DNA of 52,923 nucleotides from a virus (lineage: Duplodnaviria; Caudoviricetes). Shown here one piece after another: positions 36,799-44,847 of this stretch (the first letter of the stretch is position 1; each line of letters opens with the position of its first letter). The position numbers and the translations under genes were made by a program. The notes beneath the pieces were generated by a model, which saw only the letters and a list, made by a program, of their open reading frames with translations, was not told the DNA's origin and did not search any database. The stretch lies in IMG/VR virus record IMGVR_UViG_3300037852_000044, positions 1 through 52,923 of that record; one strand, 5' to 3'.

Positions 36799-37139
36799 GC
36801 GGGTTCCTCTCGGGTGGGTTGCAGCCGGTCTAGTGGCCGGTCGCCTTTGTAGCCCCATCGGCAGTTCGTGCATCGCACGCCGATGACTTCGGGCTGCGGA
36901 ACATCGAGGACGGCGGCGCGGTCATAGTCGTCAGCGTCGATCTCCGGGTCTGACGCGCCGACATGCCATACGCCGTGCAGATCGCGTTCGATCACTGTGC
37001 GTTCGATGATGATGAGACTGTTCGGCGACGCGCAGTACGGGCAGCCGAGCAGCACCGGCTCGGCTGGTTGGGCCTTGTGCTCGACGAGCGCCGTCGGGCT
37101 GTCATCGCCGGGCACCGCGACATCAGCGGGGCGGCTCAC
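36795..37139 (-). CDS. Zn-ribbon hypothetical protein
   Basis: CPYC...CTNC. Confidence 0.7.
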   Translation of the reverse strand: MSRPADVAVPGDDSPTALVEHKAQPAEPVLLGCPYCASPNSLIIIERTVIERDLHGVWHVGASDPEIDADDYDRAAVLDVPQPEVIGVRCTNCRWGYKGDRPLDRLQPTREEPA

Positions 37140-37300
37140 AGCAGCGCCAGCAGTAGGCCGCAGCCGGTCGCGGAGACCGCGAAGTACATCGCGGCGAGCG
37201 GCACACCGCGACGGAGGGCGACGGTAGCGAGGATGAGGGTGATGATGCCGATCGTGAGCAGCGCCGCGCGTTCGATACGCCGGTCGACGTCGTCACTCAT
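37136..37300 (-). CDS. Small two-TM membrane protein (54 aa)
   Basis: Manually translated MSDDVDRRIERAALLTIGIITLILATVAL... Confidence 0.55.
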   Translation of the reverse strand: MSDDVDRRIERAALLTIGIITLILATVALRRGVPLAAMYFAVSATGCGLLLALL

Positions 37301-37586
37301 CGCTCACGCAGCTTTCATGCCAGAACGGCAGGCAGTGTTTCACCGCGAACGCGACGAAACCTGACCGCGCTTCGGTGACGTCGACGAGTTCGAGGCAGCC
37401 TTTGCAGCGGATGCCGTGCCGGAACGTGACTGTCGTGACGTCGCTCCGCGCCGGGTCGCGGTCATACTGCGCGTAGCTCGCCGATACCGCCGTCACGTAG
37501 TCTTCCGGGCTCAGCGTCGTCGGACCTTTCACTTCGCCGATCATGTCGACGACATTGCCGGAGTAGTGCAGCGTGACGCCGCTCAT
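37293..37586 (-). CDS. Hypothetical protein with Cys/His C-terminus
   Basis: CKGC...WHESC. Confidence 0.6.
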   Translation of the reverse strand: MSGVTLHYSGNVVDMIGEVKGPTTLSPEDYVTAVSASYAQYDRDPARSDVTTVTFRHGIRCKGCLELVDVTEARSGFVAFAVKHCLPFWHESCVSDE

Positions 37587-37783
37587 CGAGTCATCCCGAC
37601 CGCTAGGCGTGAACGCCGGTCGGCGAGCGCGACACGTATAGCGCCGATGCACACCGGGCAGAGGATCACCGACTTGATCGGACGCTCTTCGAGCGTCATC
37701 GTCGCCCACCCGGAAGGCAGCGCGACCATCTGATCCTCACGCATGAGCGGTTCGCCGGTCGCGCCGCACTGGCAGCGCGTCAC
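37583..37783 (-). CDS. Zn-binding miniprotein
   Basis: CQCG...LPSGW...LCPVC. Confidence 0.6.
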   Translation of the reverse strand: MTRCQCGATGEPLMREDQMVALPSGWATMTLEERPIKSVILCPVCIGAIRVALADRRSRLAVGMTR

Positions 37784-38262
37784 GGCGTCTCCAATGCGTG
37801 AATCGCGTCGAGCACGTCCTTCAAACCACCTTGGGTGTTGATGTTCAACGCGTCGAGAATCGCCTCGGTGTCCTCGAACGTCTTCGTTGACCGCGCATCG
37901 GCGGCTTGGCTTTGAATGTTCTGCCCGACCATGATCACGCTCAGCAGGACGAGCTGAATGAACGTCTGCGCGATCCACGCGATCAGCAAGATCAGATGCT
38001 GGTTAATGAGCACTTTCGGGAAGACGTGCTCGAAGACGGTGAAGCCCGCGAGTGTGGCGGGCAGCGACAATAGCGCGAGAAGAGTGAAGACCCATGCGCA
38101 GTTCATCGTGCCGACCGCGCCGGTCGTGCGCAGCGCTACGGCCTTGTTGAAGCGTTGCCAGCCCGAGCCGCTCGGAAGGTGATCGATCGTCTTCGCATGT
38201 ACTGCGATGCCACGCCGCGTGAAGCCGTGTGTCGGTCTCGGACGCTGCTCCGGTGCGTTCAT
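37780..38262 (-). CDS. DUF1003-like membrane protein
   Basis: TTGAVGTM..AWVF and IQLVLLSVIMVGQN motifs. Confidence 0.75.
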   Translation of the reverse strand: MNAPEQRPRPTHGFTRRGIAVHAKTIDHLPSGSGWQRFNKAVALRTTGAVGTMNCAWVFTLLALLSLPATLAGFTVFEHVFPKVLINQHLILLIAWIAQTFIQLVLLSVIMVGQNIQSQAADARSTKTFEDTEAILDALNINTQGGLKDVLDAIHALETP

Positions 38263-38543
38263 ATCGTCTCTTTCGTCTCGTCTTCGAGCATGAGGCCAAG
38301 CAGCCCCAGCAGGCCTTCGATGAGCCCGCCGAGCTGACGAGCAGCCGGGTCGGCCGAGCGTGACGCGCGGATGAGTAGCCCCGGACGCGGCACAGCCACC
38401 GGCTGAGGCGGCAGATACGTCACGGAAGTCGTCGACGGCGACCGTAGACCACCGCAGCCGCACGATGCGACTTCACAGACACCTTCGCCGTCCATATGAC
38501 GCCGCGCCGAATGCGAGCAGGCACAAGTGATGATCGACGTCAT
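38259..38543 (-). CDS. Cys/His-rich hypothetical protein
   Basis: CACSH..RH...CEVASCGC. Confidence 0.6.
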   Translation of the reverse strand: MTSIITCACSHSARRHMDGEGVCEVASCGCGGLRSPSTTSVTYLPPQPVAVPRPGLLIRASRSADPAARQLGGLIEGLLGLLGLMLEDETKETI

Positions 38544-38695
38544 AACGTGTGGGTCCGGTCGTGAGCGGCACGGTCGGCGACGATGCTGCCGCAGTCAGGG
38601 CAGATCCAGAGACGGGTGCGGCGTGTCTCATTTTCGCTGACGCCGTGAAGGATCACGCCCGCTTCGATGTATCGCTCGCGGCTGCGGTCGCTCAT
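38540..38695 (-). CDS. C2H2-like miniprotein (51 aa)
   Basis: Manually translated ...CPDCGSIVADRAAHDRTH. Confidence 0.55.
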   Translation of the reverse strand: MSDRSRERYIEAGVILHGVSENETRRTRLWICPDCGSIVADRAAHDRTHTL

Positions 38696-38988
38696 CGGGG
38701 CTTCTCCTCCCCAACAACAAGATCACGCCAAGCATGAACAGTCGCAACAAGGTCATCACAGGCGGCCTCGGGCGTGTCACCCAAACCGTAGAGGCCATCT
38801 GGAATCGCGGCGTGGTCCACCCACCATGTCCCGATAATGCGCATCGGGCCGAACCGCCAACGACCAGCCCTCCACCTACGATGTGAAAAGGCTTCCTCGA
38901 TCCATTCGATGCGGGTATCGCTCGACCAAATTGTCTCTGGTGCTGAGGCATGTTCCATGCCGTCAGCGGGAACAATCACGGAGGTCAT
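38692..38988 (-). CDS. Hypothetical protein (HicB-like C-terminal GDTPEAA motif, weak)
   Basis: PDGLYGLGDTPEAACDDL. Confidence 0.5.
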   Translation of the reverse strand: MTSVIVPADGMEHASAPETIWSSDTRIEWIEEAFSHRRWRAGRWRFGPMRIIGTWWVDHAAIPDGLYGLGDTPEAACDDLVATVHAWRDLVVGEEKPR

Positions 38989-39209
38989 CGGGGTTTCTCC
39001 TGCTTCTCCTGGCCTCCGGTGTTTCTTTGAACAGGAACGACAGGACCGGGACATTGCCAAAAACCTCTAACCGGGTAGGTGAAGACGGTAACGGCGTGCA
39101 CACCTGTCTTGCCGTGCTGGCATGTTGGTTGGTCAGCTAGTACAGGAGCCACCGCCGCTGCGGCTTCTGGTGGGCTGTCTACCAACCCCGGCCACGGTTG
39201 GACGATCAC
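38985..39209 (-). CDS. Hypothetical protein
   Basis: Coupled overlaps; CQHG..H..CPG. Confidence 0.5.
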   Translation of the reverse strand: MIVQPWPGLVDSPPEAAAAVAPVLADQPTCQHGKTGVHAVTVFTYPVRGFWQCPGPVVPVQRNTGGQEKQEKPR

Positions 39210-39370
39210 TTGGGCAGCGCCAGTGGGACCATCGTCGCTATGGCCTGGCGCACGTCTTCACCGTCATCGCACGCCAAGTACACGGTGCTCCCGTCAAGCG
39301 GCTCGATCCGCCACTCAGGCGCACCGTCGCATCCATCGGCCCAACAACCCAGTTCGGCGTCAGTGCTCAT
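39206..39370 (-). CDS. Small Cys-containing protein (54 aa)
   Basis: Manually translated MSTDAELGCWADGCDG... Confidence 0.5.
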   Translation of the reverse strand: MSTDAELGCWADGCDGAPEWRIEPLDGSTVYLACDDGEDVRQAIATMVPLALPK

Positions 39371-40062
39371 TGCTGCTCACTTTCCGACACTGGAAGCGAC
39401 GACGGGGAAGTGTCGTGATAGCCGAGCCGGGTCGTCGTAGGCACTGAGAACAGCCGCCCCGAACGCTGGTGGCCGTTATAACCGTCACCGCTGTATCCGT
39501 GTGGGTCGATCGTCTGGAACCCAGTAGCACCTAGCGCGTAGTCGCCGGTGTAGCCCTCACGGAAAGAGTCAGCGTCGGCCCACGTCGCGCAGACCTGAAA
39601 TCCGTTCGCTCGGCCGCAGCATGTCAGTTCTATGGCCCACCGCGTGTCGGGAGTTTCGCTGTCGTCCTCGGTAGCCGCGTCCTCGCGTATATGATCTTTG
39701 TCTTGATCTTTTCCGGTGTCTGGGCTGACACCAAGAGCAGCGGCGAGTTCGGCGAGCACACCGATGATGAGGGAGGGCTTTAGGTCGAGTCGCCCTGCGA
39801 TCTTCAACACAAGATCAGCGTCTCGTTGGGTGACTCGTTGTAGAGCAGCCCGAGCCTCGACGAGTGCCTCACCGAGCCCGTCGTTCGCGTTGAAGAACTC
39901 CATGCACTCGGCGCGCATCGTCGCATTGTCGGCTTCGGCGGCTTCTAGACGAGCCAGCAACCCAGGAACGTCGCCGAGGACCGCGGCGAGTGCCCTCGTA
40001 TCGTCTCGGCGTTCGTAGGCTTCAAGATCGCGCCGGATGGCGTCTAGGGAGCGGTCAGCCAC
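39367..40062 (-). CDS. Hypothetical protein (coiled N-terminus)
   Basis: 231-aa ORF in a coupled chain. Confidence 0.7.
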   Translation of the reverse strand: MADRSLDAIRRDLEAYERRDDTRALAAVLGDVPGLLARLEAAEADNATMRAECMEFFNANDGLGEALVEARAALQRVTQRDADLVLKIAGRLDLKPSLIIGVLAELAAALGVSPDTGKDQDKDHIREDAATEDDSETPDTRWAIELTCCGRANGFQVCATWADADSFREGYTGDYALGATGFQTIDPHGYSGDGYNGHQRSGRLFSVPTTTRLGYHDTSPSSLPVSESEQQ

Positions 40063-40258
40063 CAGACATGGCCGAGTTCCGCGACCGAGCTATCTCAAAG
40101 GCACGGAGCAGCGGCCGACAGGAGTTCGCCTTCCAGCCGCCGCGCTGGGAAATCTCAGCCGCCAACGCCAACGCAATGGAGACGGCATCCCCGTCCATGT
40201 CGGCGACGATCTGCTGCGCCACGGACTCATTCATCGCAGTTGTCGGTCTGGTGGTCAT
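40055..40258 (-). CDS. Hypothetical protein
   Basis: ATGA overlap at the start. Confidence 0.5.
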   Translation of the reverse strand: MTTRPTTAMNESVAQQIVADMDGDAVSIALALAAEISQRGGWKANSCRPLLRAFEIARSRNSAMSGG

Positions 40259-40518
40259 TGGGTTTGGTCCTCTCCACGAACAACCCGAGCAGCCATGCGC
40301 ACGCCCTGGTTCCAACCCTTCTCATACCAGTGGCTCAACCCCACCCTTTTTGCTTTGGCTTCGACCTGGGTGGCTATGGTGTCCCGTAACACCGGCAACA
40401 CAGCAGCGAGGACAGCGCGGCTGATCACTTCAGCGAGCACAGCCTGAGCAATCTCCGAACCGGGATGTCGTCGCCGTAGCACTGTGAAAGCAGCTTCGCG
40501 CTTTCTCGGCTCAGTCAT
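40255..40518 (-). CDS. Hypothetical protein
   Basis: Start MTEPRK; YEKGWNQG motif. Confidence 0.55.
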   Translation of the reverse strand: MTEPRKREAAFTVLRRRHPGSEIAQAVLAEVISRAVLAAVLPVLRDTIATQVEAKAKRVGLSHWYEKGWNQGVRMAARVVRGEDQTQ

Positions 40519-41023
40519 CAGCCGGTCTCCGAGACCGCATATAGGCGAGCACATCTGCGCGATGCCGCGAACCGACAGCGAACAGAGCACGCACCGCATC
40601 CGAGCGGCGCATCCCCGCCTCTGCGGCGAGCTGATCGGCGAGCGCGAGACCGGCCGGTGAGATCCGGATCGAGAGCCGGGGCGAGTGATTCGGCGCGTCT
40701 GACACGGGGATGACACTAACCGACGTGTCCGACAATGTCGAGGGTCTAGCGAGACCCGGTTTCGCTGAGTCGAAGATCCCCATCTCGGCCGCCGCGTGCG
40801 GGTGAGCGTGCTTCCAGTCATGATGCGCCCGACACAGCAGCAGCAGGTTCCCCGGATCGGTGATAGACCCGCCACGGCCTCGTGGCAGCCGCTCATCGGC
40901 ATCACACGCGGTCTCGGTGCATCCGCCGGGGAACTGGCAGCGCACCGGCCCGTGGAGCGTCGCTTTGAGCATCGCGACCCGCTGGCGGTGCGCTGCGGCC
41001 CGGCCGGTCGAGAACTGCCTCAC
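40511..41023 (-). CDS. HNH-like domain fused to a C-terminal ribbon-helix-helix domain
   Basis: RCQ..GC...PRGRGGS...NLLLLCRAHH (HNH); LSIRISP...ADQLAAEAGMRRSDAVRAL (RHH). Confidence 0.7.
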   Translation of the reverse strand: MRQFSTGRAAAHRQRVAMLKATLHGPVRCQFPGGCTETACDADERLPRGRGGSITDPGNLLLLCRAHHDWKHAHPHAAAEMGIFDSAKPGLARPSTLSDTSVSVIPVSDAPNHSPRLSIRISPAGLALADQLAAEAGMRRSDAVRALFAVGSRHRADVLAYMRSRRPADD

Positions 41024-41289
41024 GGGATCTCGTGGCCGAGGGGGGCGACCGCCTGCGCGCACAGCACCGGCACCAGTCCGACCGGCAGCAGCTCGATCGG
41101 TTCGGTCGAGCGGAGCTGCCGCATCACGATCTCGCCCTGCTCCGGGCGGGGGACCTCGGCCATGATTTCGATGACGGTGAAGATGATGTTGCGGTTTTCG
41201 TCTCGGATCGGGACCGGGTAGCCGGTGACTGTGACGCCGGGCGGCGGGCGGTAGGCGGTGATTGCGGCGCTGAGTTCGGTTCGGTTCAT
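41020..41289 (-). CDS. Hypothetical protein
   Basis: SD AAGGA; early cassette D upstream. Confidence 0.65.
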   Translation of the reverse strand: MNRTELSAAITAYRPPPGVTVTGYPVPIRDENRNIIFTVIEIMAEVPRPEQGEIVMRQLRSTEPIELLPVGLVPVLCAQAVAPLGHEIP

Positions 41290-41295
41290 TTTCGG

Positions 41296-41339
41296 GTTCC
41301 TTTGGGGTGGGCGGTCGCCTTGGGGCGTGTCAGACAATA
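41296..41339 (-). promoter_or_regulatory. Early promoter cassette copy D (degenerate operator)
   Basis: TATTGTCTGACAC...GCCCACCCCAAAGGAAC. Confidence 0.5.
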
Positions 41340-41345
41340 GCGGGG

Positions 41346-42299
41346 TCACCATGAGTTGCTTGTCAGCGCGGTCAGGATGAACGCCACGGAGTGTTCGGCG
41401 TTGTGGGACGTGTACACCGTGGCCGAGTTCGGGTTCTCCCATGAGGCGTTGCCGGTGAACGCGAGAGAGTCATCGGCGAGTATGCCGGTGTGGCTGTAGC
41501 ACGGGTTCGTCCATGCGATGCGGTGCGCGCCGGGCATGTCGGTCGCTGAGGCATAGGTGACGATGTCGCATGGGCCGCCGCCGATCGTCGTCCAGTCGGT
41601 GCCGCCCGCTGTGACCGGGTCGGGGTTCGTGCGGAGACGGGTGAGCCATGTTGAGTCCGGGGCGAACTGCGAGCATTGCACGCTCGCGCCGCACGCTGGC
41701 TGGTCGGCGATCGTCGCGCCGTCGAACGGGCTGCTGACCGTGACCGCTTGCGGGATCGTGAGCGGCGCGAAGCCCGGCTGGCCGGATGCGATGTTTGCGA
41801 GCATGGCGCGGATGATGAGGCCGCCCATGCTGTGTCCGACGAGTAGGACCGGCCGGTTGCCGTATGCGACGCCGATGTACGCATCCAGCGCGGCGGCGAG
41901 GGTGTCGATCGGTGTGTCACGGGTGTAGGAGCCGACGCTGACGCCGCCCGTGTCGCACTGGTAGAAGTCGATCAGCGTCGGGACGGGCCAGCCAGACGCG
42001 GTCATGAGGGCGGTCACGCCGGACCAATACGCCGGGGTCGAGTAGCCGGGGCAGCCGGTGCCGAAGCTGTAGCCGTGAACGAGCAACACCGGCAAGCCGG
42101 GCGCGGCAGCAGCGCGGCCGGGCGGGTGTGTGGCGAAGCGCGGCGGGCTAGAGCTGCACGCCGCCAGACCGGCCAGGATCAGGAGTGCGGCCGCCGCTGT
42201 GCTGATTGCCGCATGCCGCGCAGATCGGCGCTCAGCGCCTCGATGACGGCCGCGCGGATACCGGGGTGCTCGCGCCAGGTGCCGAGAAGAGGTATCCAT
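41346..42299 (-). CDS. Lipoprotein alpha/beta hydrolase (lipase/esterase-like)
   Basis: SD GGAGG before ATG 42299; lipobox LAAC; PVLLVHGY, GHSMGG, then candidate catalytic Asp and His (YSH). Confidence 0.8.
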   Translation of the reverse strand: MDTSSRHLARAPRYPRGRHRGAERRSARHAAISTAAAALLILAGLAACSSSPPRFATHPPGRAAAAPGLPVLLVHGYSFGTGCPGYSTPAYWSGVTALMTASGWPVPTLIDFYQCDTGGVSVGSYTRDTPIDTLAAALDAYIGVAYGNRPVLLVGHSMGGLIIRAMLANIASGQPGFAPLTIPQAVTVSSPFDGATIADQPACGASVQCSQFAPDSTWLTRLRTNPDPVTAGGTDWTTIGGGPCDIVTYASATDMPGAHRIAWTNPCYSHTGILADDSLAFTGNASWENPNSATVYTSHNAEHSVAFILTALTSNSW

Positions 42300-42475
42300 G
42301 TTTCGCCTCCGAGGATCGTGTTCGGGTAGTGGGCGGTGATGTCGTCGAGTGTGCCGGTCGACGGGTCGGCTGCTAGCTCGAAGCGGTCGATCTTGCCGAG
42401 CAGCGTCTCGACTGGCGGGTCGACGGTGATGAGATACCAGGTTCGGCAATCCATCGCGGTCACGGTCGCGGTCAT
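42179..42475 (-). CDS. Hypothetical protein overlapping the hydrolase 5' end
   Basis: ATGA-coupled to the upstream gene. Confidence 0.5.
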   Translation of the reverse strand: MTATVTAMDCRTWYLITVDPPVETLLGKIDRFELAADPSTGTLDDITAHYPNTILGGETWIPLLGTWREHPGIRAAVIEALSADLRGMRQSAQRRPHS

Positions 42476-42861
42476 AGTGGGCCGGTCGCGAGGCAGCCAG
42501 GGAATAGGCATGCGGATGCGCCCGCGCCGTCGGTCCGGAACTCATGAACGTGAGCCGGGTAGAAGCTCACTTGACGCTCGTCGACTCCGGCCGCGATAAC
42601 CGTGGGTTCCCAGCGTTCGGTGAACTCGCGGTCAGCGCACGGATAGAAACTGACGCCGTCGCGTTCACGGATGATCCAGTCGCCTAGCTGAAGTCTCACT
42701 CGTGCTCCGCTGCGCGCGGCCCAGAACGTTAGCGACGAGTCCGCTTGCCGCTGCTGTGCGCCGGTCTGCATCCATTCGATGATCTCGTCGAGGTTGTCGC
42801 CGGTCCACCGGATCGCGTCGATCTCAATACCGGGGCGGGCACGAAATCTAGGCATGATCAT
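42472..42861 (-). CDS. Conserved-looking phage hypothetical protein
   Basis: FRARP..IDAIRWTGDN...GDWIIR..FYPC. Confidence 0.75.
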   Translation of the reverse strand: MIMPRFRARPGIEIDAIRWTGDNLDEIIEWMQTGAQQRQADSSLTFWAARSGARVRLQLGDWIIRERDGVSFYPCADREFTERWEPTVIAAGVDERQVSFYPAHVHEFRTDGAGASACLFPGCLATGPL

Positions 42862-43142
42862 TCCTCCGTGGTGAGGTAATGCTCCGGGCAGTGAACGTCG
42901 AGCAGTTTGATCGTCGAATACAAAATGCGGCAACCTGGGTGCTCATCGCATGGTGACGGGTGAGCGATCACGAGCGTGTCGCGTCGCAGCAGCGTCACAC
43001 CCCAGCGCCAGAGATCCTTGCGGCCGACGCGCCGAAGCTGCCAGCCGGACCAGTGACCGGCGAACGTCCGGTAATCGCGGTAGGCGTTCTCGGCTTCGGT
43101 GATGAGCGCGAGACGCTGGTCTTCGGTGCCGATCGCGGTCAT
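42858..43142 (-). CDS. Hypothetical protein
   Basis: Coupled overlaps. Confidence 0.6.
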   Translation of the reverse strand: MTAIGTEDQRLALITEAENAYRDYRTFAGHWSGWQLRRVGRKDLWRWGVTLLRRDTLVIAHPSPCDEHPGCRILYSTIKLLDVHCPEHYLTTEE

Positions 43143-43459
43143 CGGATGCGCTGCCAGGAGATTGTGCGCCGTCCGGTGGCGGTCAGTTCGCGGACGCCGG
43201 AATCCTGCACATACGCGAGGTCGACGAGTTCGCTGCGGCGTGTGCGCAGACCGGAATCAGACTGCGTCAGTCCGGCGGCGCGGGCACGGGCGATGAGCTG
43301 CTCGTCGGTGAGCCGTGAGCCGACGTGCGCGAAGAGGCCGAGGACTTCGATCTCGGATGCGCGGAGGTCCGGCAGCGACGCGGCGGCGGCGTGTGACGTC
43401 GCCGGGTCGGTGCTGCGTGCGTGTGCGCGGCGCGGTTTGTCGAAGAGGGTGGGCTGCAT
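43139..43459 (-). CDS. Winged-helix DNA-binding protein
   Basis: ARSTDPATSHAAA, LTDEQL, RTRRSELV motifs. Confidence 0.75.
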   Translation of the reverse strand: MQPTLFDKPRRAHARSTDPATSHAAAASLPDLRASEIEVLGLFAHVGSRLTDEQLIARARAAGLTQSDSGLRTRRSELVDLAYVQDSGVRELTATGRRTISWQRIR

Positions 43460-43473
43460 GACGGTGATCCCTT

Positions 43474-43659
43474 CTAGAGCATCGCGAGACGTTTACAGAT
43501 GCACAGCTCGCCGGGATGCGGGTTGCTTCCGGCGTGACATTCGCAGCGGCATGTCTTGCGGCTGCGGACCTCAGAGCGCGCTGCTTCGCGGGCGATCGCT
43601 TCGGCGCGGTGTACCGCTTTCGCCGCTCGCGCGGACCGGCGCACGCCGCGCTGGCTCAC
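43474..43659 (-). CDS. Basic Cys-rich miniprotein
   Basis: CRCECH...CIC. Confidence 0.5.
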   Translation of the reverse strand: MSQRGVRRSARAAKAVHRAEAIAREAARSEVRSRKTCRCECHAGSNPHPGELCICKRLAML

Positions 43660-43793
43660 AGCCCGAGCCCGTCAAGGTCGGCGCGGAACTCCGCGTGGCA
43701 TTCCGGGCATTCGAGAATGTCCATCTCGGAGTCGGTGTCGATGTACCAGCATGGTCCGGGGAAATCACACTGAGGGCACGGGATCTCGATCAT
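43656..43793 (-). CDS. Zn-ribbon miniprotein (45 aa)
   Basis: Manually translated MIEIPCPQC...LECPECHAEF; overlaps both neighbours by 4 bp. Confidence 0.6.
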   Translation of the reverse strand: MIEIPCPQCDFPGPCWYIDTDSEMDILECPECHAEFRADLDGLGL

Positions 43794-44431
43794 TCAAGTA
43801 GCCCTAGTGCTCGTGCGGCCTCTTCGACGGCGTTCCAGCGTGACTCGCTGCCGTTGTTGCGGTCCGGGTGCGCGTGCTTGCGTGCCCGGCGCAGCGCGAG
43901 CGTCAAGTCGAGTTCGGGGTGCGGCAGCAGCGACTCATCGCGTAGAACGCTCATCGCGAGGTCGCGGCTCATCCCGGCGCTCGATCCGGTGCGCGCGGCG
44001 ATCTGCTGCCAGCCTCGGTACTGTTCGCCGTGCTTGGCGATGCCGTAACGGTCAAGCGTGCGCAGATGTTCGAGTCCGAGCGCGATCGCGCGGAGATTGC
44101 TCTGCCAGTCCGGCGGGTCGTTGTAATAGCGTCCGGCGAATGCGTCGGATGAGTAAGTCAGCGGGCCGAACTCGGACTCAAAGCTGACCCTAACGCCGGG
44201 GTGCAGGATCTCCGCGCGGGCATAGAGCATGCCGTCGCGGCGAAGGTCATGGGTGCCGTTCGCGGTGACCACTTGCACGGCGACCGCTCCGACAGCGCCG
44301 ATCTGACCGAGTTCGTAGCGGAGCAGCCGCAGCGTCTTCTCATAGCTCGCTTTGAACTGCGGCTGGCGTCGCGGTGCGGTCTCGGGTAGTGGCCATTCGT
44401 TGATCGGTTCGATCTGGATCTCGACGCTCAT
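43790..44431 (-). CDS. Protein with C-terminal truncated J-domain (DnaJ-like)
   Basis: RRARKHAHPDRNNGS...NAVEEA; NLRAIALGLEHLR..RYG motif. Confidence 0.75.
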   Translation of the reverse strand: MSVEIQIEPINEWPLPETAPRRQPQFKASYEKTLRLLRYELGQIGAVGAVAVQVVTANGTHDLRRDGMLYARAEILHPGVRVSFESEFGPLTYSSDAFAGRYYNDPPDWQSNLRAIALGLEHLRTLDRYGIAKHGEQYRGWQQIAARTGSSAGMSRDLAMSVLRDESLLPHPELDLTLALRRARKHAHPDRNNGSESRWNAVEEAARALGLLE

Positions 44432-44847
44432 GTCTGCGCCCAGCGAAGCAGCTTCTCACCGTCAACGACGTCGAGCGCGAGACCGCCCTCTTCATCGGAT
44501 GCGAAGTAGACGCTGACGCCGGTCTTGACGAGCAGCGCGTCGCGGAGCATCGCGGCGACGTTCGATGCCGTTGTGAGCTTCGCTGCGAGTATGCGGCGCT
44601 GGACGGTCGCCTGGGCGGCGGCGTCGCGGTGCTTGATCGCCTCTCGGCGGCGGTTGTCGCAGATGCCGCAGAGGTCCTTCCTGGTGATCCGGCGGCCGCA
44701 GACGCGCAAGCGGCCGGTGTCGGCCATATAGCGGCCGGGCGTCGTCTCAGGTTCGGCGTACCGGGAATGGAAATTGAAGTCGGAGCCGAAGCCGGGGCAC
44801 TTACCGGCAGCGATCATCGCCGCGCTGGGCAGCGGCTCGCCAGTCAT
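44428..44847 (-). CDS. Hypothetical protein with Cys motif
   Basis: CPG...CGR...CGIC; ATGA overlaps. Confidence 0.6.
   Translation of the reverse strand: MTGEPLPSAAMIAAGKCPGFGSDFNFHSRYAEPETTPGRYMADTGRLRVCGRRITRKDLCGICDNRRREAIKHRDAAAQATVQRRILAAKLTTASNVAAMLRDALLVKTGVSVYFASDEEGGLALDVVDGEKLLRWAQT

Noticed and set aside
36801-36835. Additional promoter copy (TAGACC plus an ACCCACCC box)
   Set aside because: It lies inside a coding 3' end, has no -10-like hexamer at the N8 spacing and no GTCGG repeat; only the SD-proximal C-rich box matches.
41346-42299. Lysin B
   Set aside because: It has a lipoprotein signal and lies in the early region, far from the lysis cassette.
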